DNA from: the human T2T-CHM13v2.0 reference genome, Homo sapiens | Assembly (NCBI RefSeq): GCF_009914755.1 | Contig: NC_060943.1 | Strand: one strand, 5' to 3' | Length of the DNA: 64,000 nt | In this document: positions 1-13,100 of the stretch, piece after piece | How positions within the stretch are numbered: position 1 is the first letter of the stretch | Layout: each line of letters starts with the position of its first letter | Made by a program: the position numbers and the translations under genes | The notes under the pieces: generated by a model | Database searches by the model: none | What the model saw: the letters and a program-made list of their open reading frames with translations, nothing else | What the model was told of the DNA's origin: nothing

Positions 1-255
1 GAGTTGAATGATCCTTTACACAGAGCAGACTTGAAACACTCTTTTTGTGGAATTTGCAAGTGGAGATTTCAGCCGCTTTGAGTTCAATGGTAGAATAGGA
101 AATATCTTCCTATAGAAACTAGACAGAATGATTCTCAGAAACTCCTTTGTGATGTGTGCGTTCAACTCACAGAGTTCAACCTTTCTTTTCATAGAGCAGT
201 TTTGAAACACTCTGTTTGTAATGTCTGCAAGTGGATATTCAGACTTCTTTGAGGC

Positions 256-272
256 TTTCGTTGGAAGCGGGA
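256..272 (+). promoter_or_regulatory. CENP-B box (representative first copy; a box position recurs once per 340-bp dimer across the window)
   Basis: TTTCGTTGGAAGCGGGA matches the 17-bp consensus NTTCGNNNNANNCGGGN. The next copy is at 596-612. Roughly 154 of 188 positions are intact by manual count. Confidence 0.96.
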
Positions 273-1106
273 TTTCTTCATATTCTGCTAGACAGAAGAA
301 TTCTCAGTAACTTCCTTGTGTTGTGTGTATTCAACTCACAGAGTTGAACGATCCTTTACACAGAGCAGACTTGAAACACTCTTTTTGTGGAATTTGCAAG
401 TGGAGATTTCAGCCGCTTTGAGGTCAATGGTAGAATAGGAAATATCTTCCTATAGAAACTAGACAGAATGATTCTCAGAAACTCCTTTGTGATGTGAGCG
501 TTCAACTCACAGAGTTTAACCTTTCTTTTCATAGAGCAGTTAGGAAACACTCTGTTTGTAAAGTCTGCAAGTGGATATTCAGACATCCTTGAGGCTTTCG
601 TTGGAAACGGGATTTCTTCATATTCTGCTAGAAAGAAGAATTCTCAGTAACTTCCTTGTGTTGTGTGTATTCAACTCACAGAGTTGAATGATCCTTTACA
701 CAGAACAGTCTTGAAACACTCTTTTTGTGGAATTTGCAAGTGGAGATTTCAGCCGCTTTGAGGTCAATGGTAGAATAGGAAATATCTTCCTATAGAAACT
801 AGACAGAATGATTCTCAGAAACTCCTTTGTGATGTGTGCGTTCAACTCACAGAGTTTAACCTTTCTTTTCATAGAGCAGTTAGGAAACACTCTGTTTGTA
901 AAGTCTGCAAGTGGATATTCAGACATCTTTGAGGGTTTCATTGGAAACGGGATTTCTTCATATTCTGCTAGACAGAAGAATTCTCAGAAACTTCGTTGTG
1001 TTGTGTGTTTTCAACTCACAGAGTTCAACGATCCTTTACACAGAGTAGACTTGAAACACTCTTTTTGTGGAATTGGCAGGGTGGAGATTTCAGCCGCTTT
1101 GAAGTC

Positions 1107-1123
1107 AATGGTAGAAAAGGAAA
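1107..1123 (+). promoter_or_regulatory. A-box / pJalpha-like site of the A-type monomer (representative copy, GGTAGAAAAGGAA allele)
   Basis: AATGGTAGAAAAGGAAA sits at the position homologous to the CENP-B box in the alternate monomer and resembles the pJalpha motif of A-type alphoid monomers. Most dimers instead carry the GGTAGAATAGGAA allele. Confidence 0.6.
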
Positions 1124-4100
1124 TATCTTCGTATAAAAACTAGACAGAGTGATTCTCAGAAACTCCTTTGTGATGTCTGCGTTCAACTCACAGAGTTTAA
1201 CCTTTCTTTTCATAGAGCAGTTAGGAAACACTCTGTTTGTAAAGTCTGCAAGTGGATATTCAGACCTCCTTGAGGCCTTCGTTGGAAATGGGATTTCTTC
1301 ATATTATGCTAGACAGAAGAATTCTCAGAAACTTCCTTGTGTTGTGTGTATTCAACTCACAGAGTTGAACGATCGTTTACACAGAACAGACTTGAGACAC
1401 TCTTTTTGTGCAATTTGTAAGTGGAGATTTCAGCCGCTTTGAGGTCAATGGTAGAAAAGGAAATATCTTCATATAAAAACTAGACAGAATGATTCTCAGA
1501 AACTCCTTTGTGATGTGTGCGTTCAACTCACAGAGTTTAACCTTTCTTTTCATAGAGCAGTTAGGAAACACTCTGTTTGTAAAGTCTGCAAGTGGATATT
1601 CAGACCTCCTTGAGGCCTTCGTTGGAAACGGGATTTCTTCATATTATGCTAGACAGAAGAATTCTCAGTAACTTCCTTGTGTTGTGTGTATTCAACTCAC
1701 AGGGTTGAACGATCCTTTACACAGAGCAGACTTGAAACACTCTTTTTGTGGAATTTGCAAGTGGAGATTTCAGCCGCTTTGAGTTCAATGGTAGAATAGG
1801 AAATATCTTCCTATAGAAACTAGACAGAATGATTCTCAGAAACTCCTTTGTGATGTGTGCGTTCCACTCACAGAGTTCAACCTTTCTTTTCATAGAGCAG
1901 TTGGGAAACACTCTGTTTGTAAAGTCTGCAAGTGGATATTCAGACTTCTTTGAGGCCTTCGTTGGAAGCGGGATTTCTTCATATTCTGCTAGACAGAAGA
2001 ATTCTCAGTAACTTCCTTGTGTTGTGTGTATTCAACTCACAGAGTTGAATGATCCTTTACACAGAACAGACTTGAAACACTCTTGTTGTGGAATTTGCAA
2101 GTGGAGATTTCAGCCGCTTTGAGGTCAACGGTAGAATAGGAAATATCTTCCTATAGAAACTAGACAGAATGATTCTCAGAAACTCCTTTGTGATGTGTGC
2201 GTTCAACTCACAGAGTTTAACCTTTCTTTTCATAGAGCAGTTAGGAAACACTCTGTTTGTAAAGTCTGCAAGTGGATATTCAGACCTCCTTGAGGCCTTC
2301 GTTGGAAACGGGATTTCTTCATATTCTGCTAGACAGAAGAATTCTCAGTAACTTCCTTGTGTTGTGTGTATTCAACTCACAGAGTTGAACGATCCTTTAC
2401 ACAGAGCAGACTTGAAACACTCTTTTTGTGGAATTTGCAAGTGGAGATTTCAGCCGCTTTGAGGTCAATGGTAGAATAGGAAATATCTTCCTATAGAAAC
2501 TAGACAGAATGATTCTCAGAAACTCCTTTGTGATGTGTGCGTTCAACTCACAGAGTTCAACCTTTCTTTTCATAGAGCAGTTGGGAAACACTCTGTTTGT
2601 AAAGTCTGCAAGTGGATATTCAGACTTCTTTGAGGCCTTCGTTGGAAGCGGGATTTCTTCATATTCTGCTTGACAGAAGAATTCTCAGTAACTTCCTTGT
2701 GTTGTGTGTATTCAACTCACAGAGTTGAACGATCCTTTACACAGAGCAGACTTGAAACACTCTTTTTGTGGAATTTGCAAGTGGAGATTTCAGCCGCTTT
2801 GAGGTCAATGGTAGAATAGGAAATATCTTCCTATAGAAACTAGACAGAATGATTCTCAGAAACTCCTTTGTGATGTGTGCGTTCAACTCACAGAGTTTAA
2901 CCTTTCTTTTCATAGAGCAGTTAGGAAACACTCTGTTTGTAAAGTCTGGAAGTGGATATTCAGACATCCTTGAGGCTTTCGTTTGAAACGGGATTTCTTC
3001 ATATTCTGCTAGAAAGAAGAATTCTCAGTAACTTCCTTGTGTTGTGTGTATTCAACTCACAGAGTTGAATGATCCTTTACACAGAACAGTCTTGAAACAC
3101 TCTTTTTGTGGAATTTGCAAGTGGAGATTTCAGCCGCTTTGAGGTCAATGGTAGAATAGGAAATATCTTCCTATAGAAACTAGACAGAATGATTCTCAGA
3201 AACTCCTTTGTGATGTGTGCGTTCAACTCACAGAGTTTAACCTTTCTTTTCATAGAGCAGTTAGGAAACACTCTGTTTGTAAAGTCTGCAAGTGGATATT
3301 CAGACATCTTTGAGGCTTTCGTTGGAAACGGGATTTCTTCATATTCTGCTAGACAGAAGAATTCTCAGAAACTTCGTTGTGTTGTGTGTTTTCAACTCAC
3401 AGAGTTCAACGATCCTTTACACAGAGTAGACTTGAAACACTCTTTTTGTGGAATTGGCAGGGAGGAGATTTCAGCCGCTTTGAGGTCAATGGTAGAAAAG
3501 GAAATATCTTCGTATAAAAACTAGACAGAGTGATTCTCAGAAACTCCTTTGTGATGTCTGCGTTCAACTCACAGAGTTTAACCTTTCTTTTCATAGAGCA
3601 GTTAGGAAACACTCTGTTTGTAAAGTCTGCAAGTGGATATTCAGACCTCCTTGAGGCCTTCGTTGGAAACGGGATTTCTTCATATTCTGCTATACAGAAG
3701 AATTCTCAGAAACTTCCTTGTGTTGTGTGTATTCAACTCACAGAGTTGAACGATCGTTTACACAGAGCAGACTTGAGACACTCTTTTTGTGGAATTTGCA
3801 AGTGGAGATTTCAGCCGCTTTGAGGTCAATGGTAGAAAAGGAAATATCTTCATATAAAAACTAGACAGAATGATTCTCAGAAACTCCTTTGTGATGTGTG
3901 CGTTCAACTCACAGAGTTTAACCTTTCTTTTCATAGAGCAGTTAGGAAACACTCTGTTTGTAAAGTCTGCAAGTGGATATTCAGACCTCTTTGAGGCCTT
4001 CGTTGGAAACGGGATTTCTTCATATTATGCTAGACAGAAGAATTCTCAGTAACTTCCTTGTGTTGTGTGTATTCAACTCACAGAGTTGAACGAACCTTTA

Positions 4101-7100
4101 CACAGAGCAGACTTGAAACACTCTTTTTGTGGAATTTGCAAGTGTAGATTTCATCCGCTTTGAGGTCAATGGTAGAAAAGGAAATATCTTCGTATAAAAA
4201 CTAGACAGAATGATTCTGAGAAACTCCTTTGTGATGTGCGCGTTCAACTCACAGAGTTTAACCTTTCTTTTCATAGAGCAGTTAGGAAACACTCTGTTTG
4301 TAAAGTCTGCAAGTGGATATTCAGACCTCCTTGAGGCCTTCGTTGGAAACGGGATTTCTTCATATTATGCTAGACAGAAGAATTCTCAGTAACTTCCTTG
4401 TGTTGTGTGTATTCAACTGACAGAGTTGAACGATCCTTTACACAGAGCAGACTTGAAACACTCTTTTTGTGGAATTTGCAAGTGGAGATTTCAGCCGCTT
4501 TGAGTTCAATGGTAGAATAGGAAATATCTTCCTATAGAAACTAGACAGAATGATTCTCAGAAACTCCTTTGTGATGTGTGCGTTCAACTTACAGAGTTCA
4601 ACCTTTCTTTTCATAGAGCAGTTGGGAAACACTCTGTTTGTAATGTCTGCAAGTGGATATTCGGACTTATTTGAGGCCTTCGTTGGAAGCGGGATTTCTT
4701 CATATTCTGCTAGACAGAAGAATTCTCAGTAACTTCCTTGTGTTGTGTGTATTCAACTCACAGAGTTGAACGATCCTTTACACAGAGCAGACTTGAAACA
4801 CTATTTTGTGGAATTTGCAAGTGGAGATTTCAGCCGCTTTGAGGTCAATGGTAGAATAGGAAATATCTTCCTATAGAAACTAGACAGAATGATTCTCAGA
4901 AACTCCTTTGTGATGTGTGCGTTCAACTCACAGAGTTTAACCTTTCTTTTCATAGAGCAGTTAGGAAACACTCTGTTTGTAAAGTCTGCAAGTGGATATT
5001 CAGACATCCTTGAGGCTTTCGTTGGAAACGGGATTTCTTCATATTCTGCTAGAAAGAAGAATTCTCTGTAACTTCCTTGTGTTGTGTGTATTCAACTCAC
5101 AGAGTTGAATGATCCTTTACACAGAACAGTCTTGAAACACTCTTTTTGTGGAATTTGCAAGTGGAGATTTCAGCCGCTTTGAGGTCAATGGCAGAATAGG
5201 AAATATCTTCCTATAGAAACTAGACAGAATGATTCTCAGAAACTCCTTTGTGATGTGTGCGTTCAACTCACAGAGTTTAACCTTTCTTTTCATAGAGTAG
5301 TTAGGAAACACTGTGTTTGTAAAGTCTGCAAGTGGATATTCAGACATCTTTGAGGCTTTCGTTGGAAACGGGATTTCTTCATATTCTGCTAGACAGAAGA
5401 ATTCTCAGAAACTTCGTTGTGTTGTGTGTTTTCAACTCACAGAGTTCAACGATCCTTTACACAGAGTAGACTTGAAACACTGTTTTTGTGGAATTGGCAG
5501 GGTGGAGATTTCAGCCGCTTTGAGGTCAATGGTAGAAAAAGAAATATCTTCGTATAAAAACTAGACAGAGTGATTCTCAGAAACTCCTTTGTGATGTCTG
5601 CGTTCAACTCACAGAGTTTAACCTTTCTTTTCATAGAGCAGTTAGGAAACACTCTGTTTGTAAAGTCTGCAAGTGGATATAGAGACCTCCTTGAGGCCTT
5701 CGTTGGAAACGGGATTTCTTCATATTCTGCTATACAGAAGAATTCTCAGAAACTTCCTTGTGTTGTGTGTATTCAACTCACAGAGTTGAACGATCGTTTA
5801 CACAGAGCAGACTTGAGACACTCTTTTTGTGGAATTTGTAAGTGGAGATTTCAGCCGCTTTGAGGTCAATGGTAGAAAAGGAAATATCTTCATATAAAAA
5901 CTAGACAGAATGATTCTCAGAAACTCCTTTGTGATGTGTGCGTTCAACTCACAGAGTTTAACCTTTCTTTTCATAGAGCAGTTAGGAAACACTCTGTTTG
6001 TAAAGTCTGCAAGTGGATATTCAGACCTCTTTGAGGCCTTCGTTGGAAACGGGATTTCTTCATATTCTGCTAGAGAGAAGAATTCTCAGTAACTTCATTG
6101 TGTTGTGTGTATTCAACTCACAGATTTCAACGATCCTTTACACAGAGCAGACTTGAAACACTCTTTTTCTGGTATTTGCAAGTGGAGATTTCAGCCGCTT
6201 TGAGGTCAATGGTAGAATAGGAAATATCTTCCTATAGAAACTAGACAGAATGATTCTGAGAAACTCCTTTGTGATGTGTGCGTTCAACTCACAGAGTTTA
6301 ACATTTCTTTTCATATAGCAGTTAGGAAACACTCTGTTTGTAAAGTCTGCAAGTGGATATTCAGACCTCCTTGAGGCCTTCGTTGGAAACGGGATTTCTT
6401 CCTATTCTGCTAGACAGAAGAATTCTCAGTAACTTCCCTGTGTTGTGTGTATTCAACTCACAGAGTTGAATGATCCTTTACACAGAGCAGACTTGAAACA
6501 CTCTTTTTGTGGAATTTGCAAGTGGAGATTTCAGCCGCTTTGAGTTCAATGGTAGAATAGGAAATATCTTCCTATAGAAACTAGACAGAATGATTCTCAG
6601 AAACTCCTTTGTGATGTGTGCGTTCAACTCACAGAGTTCAACCTTTCTTTTCATAGAGCAGTTGGGAAACACTCTGTTTGTAAAGTCTGCAAGTGGATAT
6701 TCAGACTTCTTTGAGGCCTTCGTTGGAAGCGGGTTTTCTTCATATTCTGCTTGACAGAAGAATTCTCAGTAACTTCCTTGTGTTGTGTGTATTCAACTCA
6801 CAGAGTTGAACGATCCTTTACACAGAGCAGACTTGAAACACTCTTTTTGTGGAATTTGAAAATGGAGGTTTCAGCCGCTTTGAGGTCAATGGTAGAATAG
6901 GAAATATCTTCCTATAGAAACTAGACAGAATGATTCTCAGAAACTCCTTTGTGATGTGTGCGTTCAACTCACAGAGTTCAACCTTTCTTTTCATAGAGCA
7001 GTTGGGAAACACTCTGTTTGTAAAGTCTGCAAGTGGATATTCAGACTTCCTTGAGGCCTTCGTTGGAAGCGGGATTTCTTCAAATTCTGCTAGACAGAAG

Positions 7101-10100
7101 AATTCTCAGTAACTTCCTTGTGTTGTGTGTATTCAACTCACAGAGTTGAACGATCCTTTACACAGAGCAGACTTGAAACACTCTTTTTGTGGAATTTGCA
7201 AGTGGAGATTTCAGCCGCTTTGAGGTCAATGGTAGAATAGGAAATATCTTCCTATAGAAACTAGACAGAATGATTCTCAGAAACTCCTTTGTGATGTTTG
7301 CGTTCAACTCACAGAGTTTAACCTTTCTTTTCATAGAGCAGTTAGGAAACACTCTGTTTGTAAAGTCTGCAAGTGGTTATTCAGACATCCTTGAGGCTTT
7401 CGTTGGAAACGGGATTTCTTCATATTCTGCTATACAGAAGAATTCTCAGTAACTTCGTGGTGTTGTGTGTTTTCAACTCACAGAGTTGAATGATCCTTTA
7501 CACAGAACAGTCTTGAAACACTCTTTTTGTGGAATTTGCAAGTGGAGATTTCAGCCGCTTTGAGGTCAATGGTAGAATAGGAAATATCTTCCTATAGAAA
7601 CTAGACAGAATGATTCTCAGAAACTCCTTTGTGATGTGGGCGTTCAACTCACAGAGTTTAACCTTTCTTTTCATAGAGCAGTTAGGAAACACTCTGTTTG
7701 TAAAGTCTGCAAGTGGATATTCAGACATCTTTGAGGCTTTCGTTGGAAACTGGATTTCTTCATATTCTGCTATACAGAAGAATTCTCAGAAACTTCCTTG
7801 TGTTGTGTGTATTCAACTCACAGAGTTGAACGATCGTTTACACAGAGCAGACTTGAGACACTCTTTTTGTGGAATTTGTAAGTGGACATTTCAGCCGCTT
7901 TGAGGTCAATGGTAGAAAAGGAAATATCTTCATATAAAAACTAGACAGAATGATTCTCAGAAACTCCTTTGTGATGTGTGCGTTCAACTCACAGAGTTTA
8001 ACCTTTCTTTTCATAGAGCAGTTAGGAAACACTCTGTTTGTAAAGTCTGCAAGTGGATATTCAGACCTCTTTGAGGCCTTCGTTGGATACGTGATTTCTT
8101 CATATTCTGCTAGAGAGAAGAATTCTCAGTAACTTCATTGTGTTGTGTGTATTCAACTCACAGATTTCAACGATCCTTTACACAGAGCAGACTTGAAACA
8201 CTCTTTTTCTGGTATTTGCAAGTGGAGATTTCAGCCGCTTTGAGGTCAATGGTAGAATAGGAAATATCTTCCTATAGAAACTAGACAGAATGATTCTCAG
8301 AAACTCCTTTGTGATGTGTGCGTTCAACTCACAGAGTTTAACCTTTCTTTTCATAGAGCAGTTAGGAAACACTCTGTTTGTAAAGTCTGCAAGTGGATAT
8401 TCAGACCTCCTTGAGGCCTTCGTTGGAAACGGGATTTCTACATATTATGCTAGACAGAAGAATTCTCAGTAACTTCCTTGTGTTGTGTGTATTCAACTCA
8501 CAGAGTTGAACGATCCTTTACACAGAGCAGACTTGAAACACTCTTTTTGTGGAATTTGCAAGTGGAGATTTCAGCCTCTTTGAGGTCAATGGTAGAATAC
8601 GAAATATCTTCCTATAGAAACTAGACAGAATGATACTGAGAAACTCCTTTGTGATGTGTGCGTTCAACTCACAGTGTTTAACATTTCTTTTCATATAGCA
8701 GTTAGGAAACACTCTGTTTGTAAAGTCTGCAAGTGGATATTCAGACCTCCTTGAGGCCTTCGTTGGAAACGGGATTTCTTCCTATTATGCTAGACAGAAG
8801 AATTCTCAGTAACTTCCTTGTGTTGTGTGTATTCAACTCACAGAGTTGAATGAACCTTTACACAGAGCAGACTTGAAACACTCTTTTTGTGGAATTTGCA
8901 AGTGGAGATTTCAGCCGCTTTGAGTTCAATGGTAGAATAGGAAATATCTTCCTATAGAAACTAGACAGAATGATTCTCAGAAACTCCTTTGTGATGTGTG
9001 CGTTCAACTCACAGAGTTCAACCTTTCTTTTCATAGAGCAGTTAGGAAACACTCTGTTTGTAAAGTCTGCAAGTGGATATTCAGACTTCTTTGAGGCCTT
9101 CGTTGGAAGCGGGTTTTCTTCATATTCTGCTAGAAAGAAGAATTCTCAGTAACTTCCTGGTGTTGTGTGTATTCAACTCACAGAGTTGAACGATCCTTTA
9201 CACAGAGCAGACTTGAAACACTCTTTTTGTGGAATTTGCAAGTGGAGATTTCAGCCGCTTTGAGGTCAATGGTAGAATAGGAAATATCTTCCTATAGAAA
9301 CTAGACAGAATGATTCTCAGAAACTCCTTTGTGATGTGTGCGTTCAACTCACAGAGTTCAACCTTTCTTTTCATAGAGCAGTTGGGAAACACTCTGTTTG
9401 TAAAGTCTGCAAGTGGATATTCAGACTTCTTTGAGGCCTTCGTTGGAAGCGGGATTTCTTCATATTCTGCTAGACAGAAGAATTCTCAGTAACTTCCTTG
9501 TGTTGTGTGTATTCAACTCACAGAGTTGAACGATCCTTTACACAGAGCAGACTTGAAACACTCTTTTTGTGGAATTTGCAAGTGGAGATTTCAGCCGCTT
9601 TGAGGTCAATGGTAGAATAGGAAATATCTTCCTATAGAAACTAGACAGAATGATTCTCAGAAACTCCTTTGTGATGTGTGCGTTCAACTCACAGAGTTTA
9701 ACCTTTCTTTTCATAGAGCAGTTAGGAAACACTCTGTTTGTAAAGTCTGCAAGTGGATATTCAGACATCCTTGAGGCTTTCGTTGGAAACGGGATTTCTT
9801 CATATTCTGCTAGAAAGAAGAATTCTCAGTAACTTCCTTGTGTTGTGTGTATTCAACTCACAGAGTTGAATGATCCTTTACACAGAACAGTCTTGAAACA
9901 CTCTTTTTGTGGAATTTGCAAGTGGAGATTTCAGCCTCTTTGGGGTCTATGGTAGAATAGGAAATATCTTCCTATAGAAACTAGACAGAATGATTCTCAG
10001 AAACTCATTTGTGATGTGTGCGTTCAACTCACAGAGTTTAACCTTTCTTTTCATAGAGCAGTTAGGAAACACTCTGTTTGTAAAGTCTGCAAGTGGATAT

Positions 10101-13100
10101 TCAGACCTCCTTGAGGCCTTCGTTGGAAACGGGATTTCTTCATATTCTGCTATACAGAAGAATACTCAGAAACTTCCTAGTGTTGTGTGTATTCAACTCA
10201 CAGAGTTGAACGATCGTTTACACAGAGCAGACTTGAGACACTCTTTTTGTGGAATTTGTAAGTGGAGATTTCAGCCGCTTTGAGGTCAATGGTAGAAAAG
10301 GAAACATCTTCATATAAAAACTTGACAGAATGATTCTCAGAAACTCCTTTGTGATGTGTGCGTTCAACTCACAGAGTTTAACCTTTCTTTTCATAGAGCA
10401 GTTAGGAAACACTCTGTTTGTAAAGTCTGCAAGTGGATATTCAGACCTCTTTGAGGCCTTCGTTGGAAACGGGATTTCTTCATATTATGCTAGACAGAAG
10501 AATTCTCAGTAACTTCCTTGTGTTGTGTGTATTCAACTCACAGAGTTGAACGATCCTTTACACAGAGCAGACTTGAAACACTCTTTTTGTGTAATTTGCA
10601 AGTGGAGATTTCAGCCGCTTTGAGGTCAATGGTAGAAAAGGAAATATCTTCGTATAAAAACTAGACAGAATGATTCTCAGAAACTCCTTTGTGATGTGTG
10701 CGTTCAACTCACAGAATTTAACCTTTCTTTTCATAGAGCAGTTAGGAAACACTCTGTTTGTAAAGTCTGCAAGTGGATATTCAGACCTCCTTGAGGCCTT
10801 CGTTGGAAACGGGATTTCCTCATATTATGCTAGACAGAAGAATTCTCAGTAACTTCCTTGTGTTGTGTGTATTCAACTCACAGAGTTGAACGATCCTTTA
10901 CACAGAGCAGACTTGAAACACTCTTTTTGTGGAATTTGCAAGTGGAGATTTCAGCCGCTTTGAGGTCAATGGTAGAATAGGAAATATCTTCCTATAGAAA
11001 CTAGACAGAATGATTCTGAGAAACTGCTTTGTGATGTGTGTGTTCAACTCACAAGGTTTAACCTTTCTTTTCATAGAGCAGTTAGGAAACACTCTGTTTG
11101 TAAAGTCTGCAACTGGATATTCAGACATCCTTGAGGCTTTCGTTGGAAACGGGATTTCTTCATATTCTGCTAGAAAGAAGAATTCTCAGTAACTTCCTTG
11201 TGTTGTGTGTATTCAACTCACAGAGTTGAATGATCCTTTACACAGAACAGTCTTGAAACACTCTTTTTGTGGAATTTGCAAGTGGAGATTTCAGCCGCTT
11301 TGAGGTCAATGGTAGAATAGGAAATATCTTCCTATAGAAACTAGACAGAATGATTCTCAGAAACTCCTTTGTGATGTGTGCGTTCAACTCACAGAGTTTA
11401 ACCTTTCTTTTCATAGAGCAGTTAGGAAACACTCTGTTTGTAAAGTCTGTAAGTGGATATTCAGACGTCTTTGAGGCTTTCGTTGGAAACGGGATTTCTT
11501 CATATTCTGCTAGACAGAAGAATTCTCAGAAACTTCGTTGTGTTGTGTGTTTTCAACTCACCGAGTTCAAAGATCCTTTACACAGAGTAGACTTCAAACA
11601 CTCTTTTTGTTGAATTGGCAGGGTGGAGATTTCAGCCGCTTTGAGGTCAATGGTAGAAAAGGAAATATCTTCGTATAAAAACTAGACAGAGTGATTCTCA
11701 GAAACTCCTTTGTGATGTCTGCGTTCAACTCACAGAGTTTAACCTTTCTTTTCATAGAGCATTTAGGAAACACTCTGTTTGTAAAGTCTGCAAGTGGATA
11801 TTCAGACCTCCTTGAGGCCTTCGTTGGAAACGGGATTTCTTCATATTCTGCTATACAGAAGAATTCTCAGAAACTTCCTTGTGTTGTGTGTATTAAACTC
11901 ACAGAGTTGAACGATCGTTTACACAGAGCAGACTTGAGACACTCTTTTTGTGGAATTTGCAAGTGGAGATTTCAGCCGCTTTGAGGTCAATGGTAGAAAA
12001 GGAAATATCTTCATATAAAAACTAGACAGAATGATTCTCAGAAACTCCTTTGTGATGTGTGCGTTCAACTCACAGAGTTTAACCTTTCTTTTCATAGAGC
12101 AGTTAGGAAACACTCTGTTTGTAAAGTCTGCAAGTGGATATTCAGACCTCTTTGAGGCCTTCGTTGGAAACGGGATTTCTTCATATTATGCTAGACAGAA
12201 GAATTCTCAGTAACTTCCTTGTGTTGTGTGTATTCAACTCACAGAGTTGGACTATCCTTTACACAGAGCAGACGTGAAACACTCTTTTTGTGGAATTTGC
12301 AAGTGGAGATTTCTGCCGCTTTGAGGTCAATGGTAGAAAAGGAAATATCTTCGTATAAAAACTACAGAGAATGATTCTCAGAAACTCCTTTGTGATGTGT
12401 GCGTTCAACTCACAGAGTTTAACCTTTCTTTTCATAGAGCAGTTAGGAAACACTCTGTTTGTAAATTCTGCAAGTGGATATTCAGACCTCCTTGAGGCCT
12501 TCGTTGGAAACGGGATTTCTTCATATTCTGCTATACAGAAGAATTCTCAGAAACTTCCTTGTGTTTTGTGTATTCAACTCACAGATTTGAACGATCCTTT
12601 ACACAGAGCAGACTTGAAACACTCTTTTTCTGGAATTTGCAAGTGGAGATTTCAGCCGCTTTGAGGTCAATGGTAGAAAAGGAAATATCTTCGTATAAAA
12701 ACTAGACAGAATGATCCTCAGAAACTCCTTTGTGATGTGTGCGTTCAACTCACAGAGTTTAACCTTTCTTTTCATAGAGCAGTTAGGAAACACTCTGTTT
12801 GTAAAGTCTGCAAGTGGATATTCAGACCTCCTTGAGGCCTTCGTTGGAAACGGGATTTCTTCATATTATGCTAGACAGAAGAATTCTCAGTAACTTCCTT
12901 GTGTTGTGTGTATTCAACTCACAGAGTTGAACGATCCTTTACACAGAGCAGACTTGAAACACTCTTTTTGTGGAATTTGCAAGTGGAGATTTCAGCCGCT
13001 TTGAGGTCAATGGTAGAATAGGAAATATCTTCCTATAGAAACTAGACAGAATGATTCTGAGAAACTCCTTTGTGATGTGTGCGTTCAACTCACAGAGTTT

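Noticed and set aside
1131-1139. TATAAAA as a TATA-box promoter
   Set aside because: It is part of the ordinary alphoid consensus in AT-rich DNA, and no transcript evidence is available from sequence alone.
2977-2993. Variant boxes at ~2977 (GTTTGAAA), ~44464 (GTTGTAAA), ~59764 (GTTCGAAA), ~6718 and ~9098 (CGGGT) as broken CENP-B boxes
   Set aside because: The changes fall on non-essential N positions of NTTCGNNNNANNCGGGN, so they were counted as intact.
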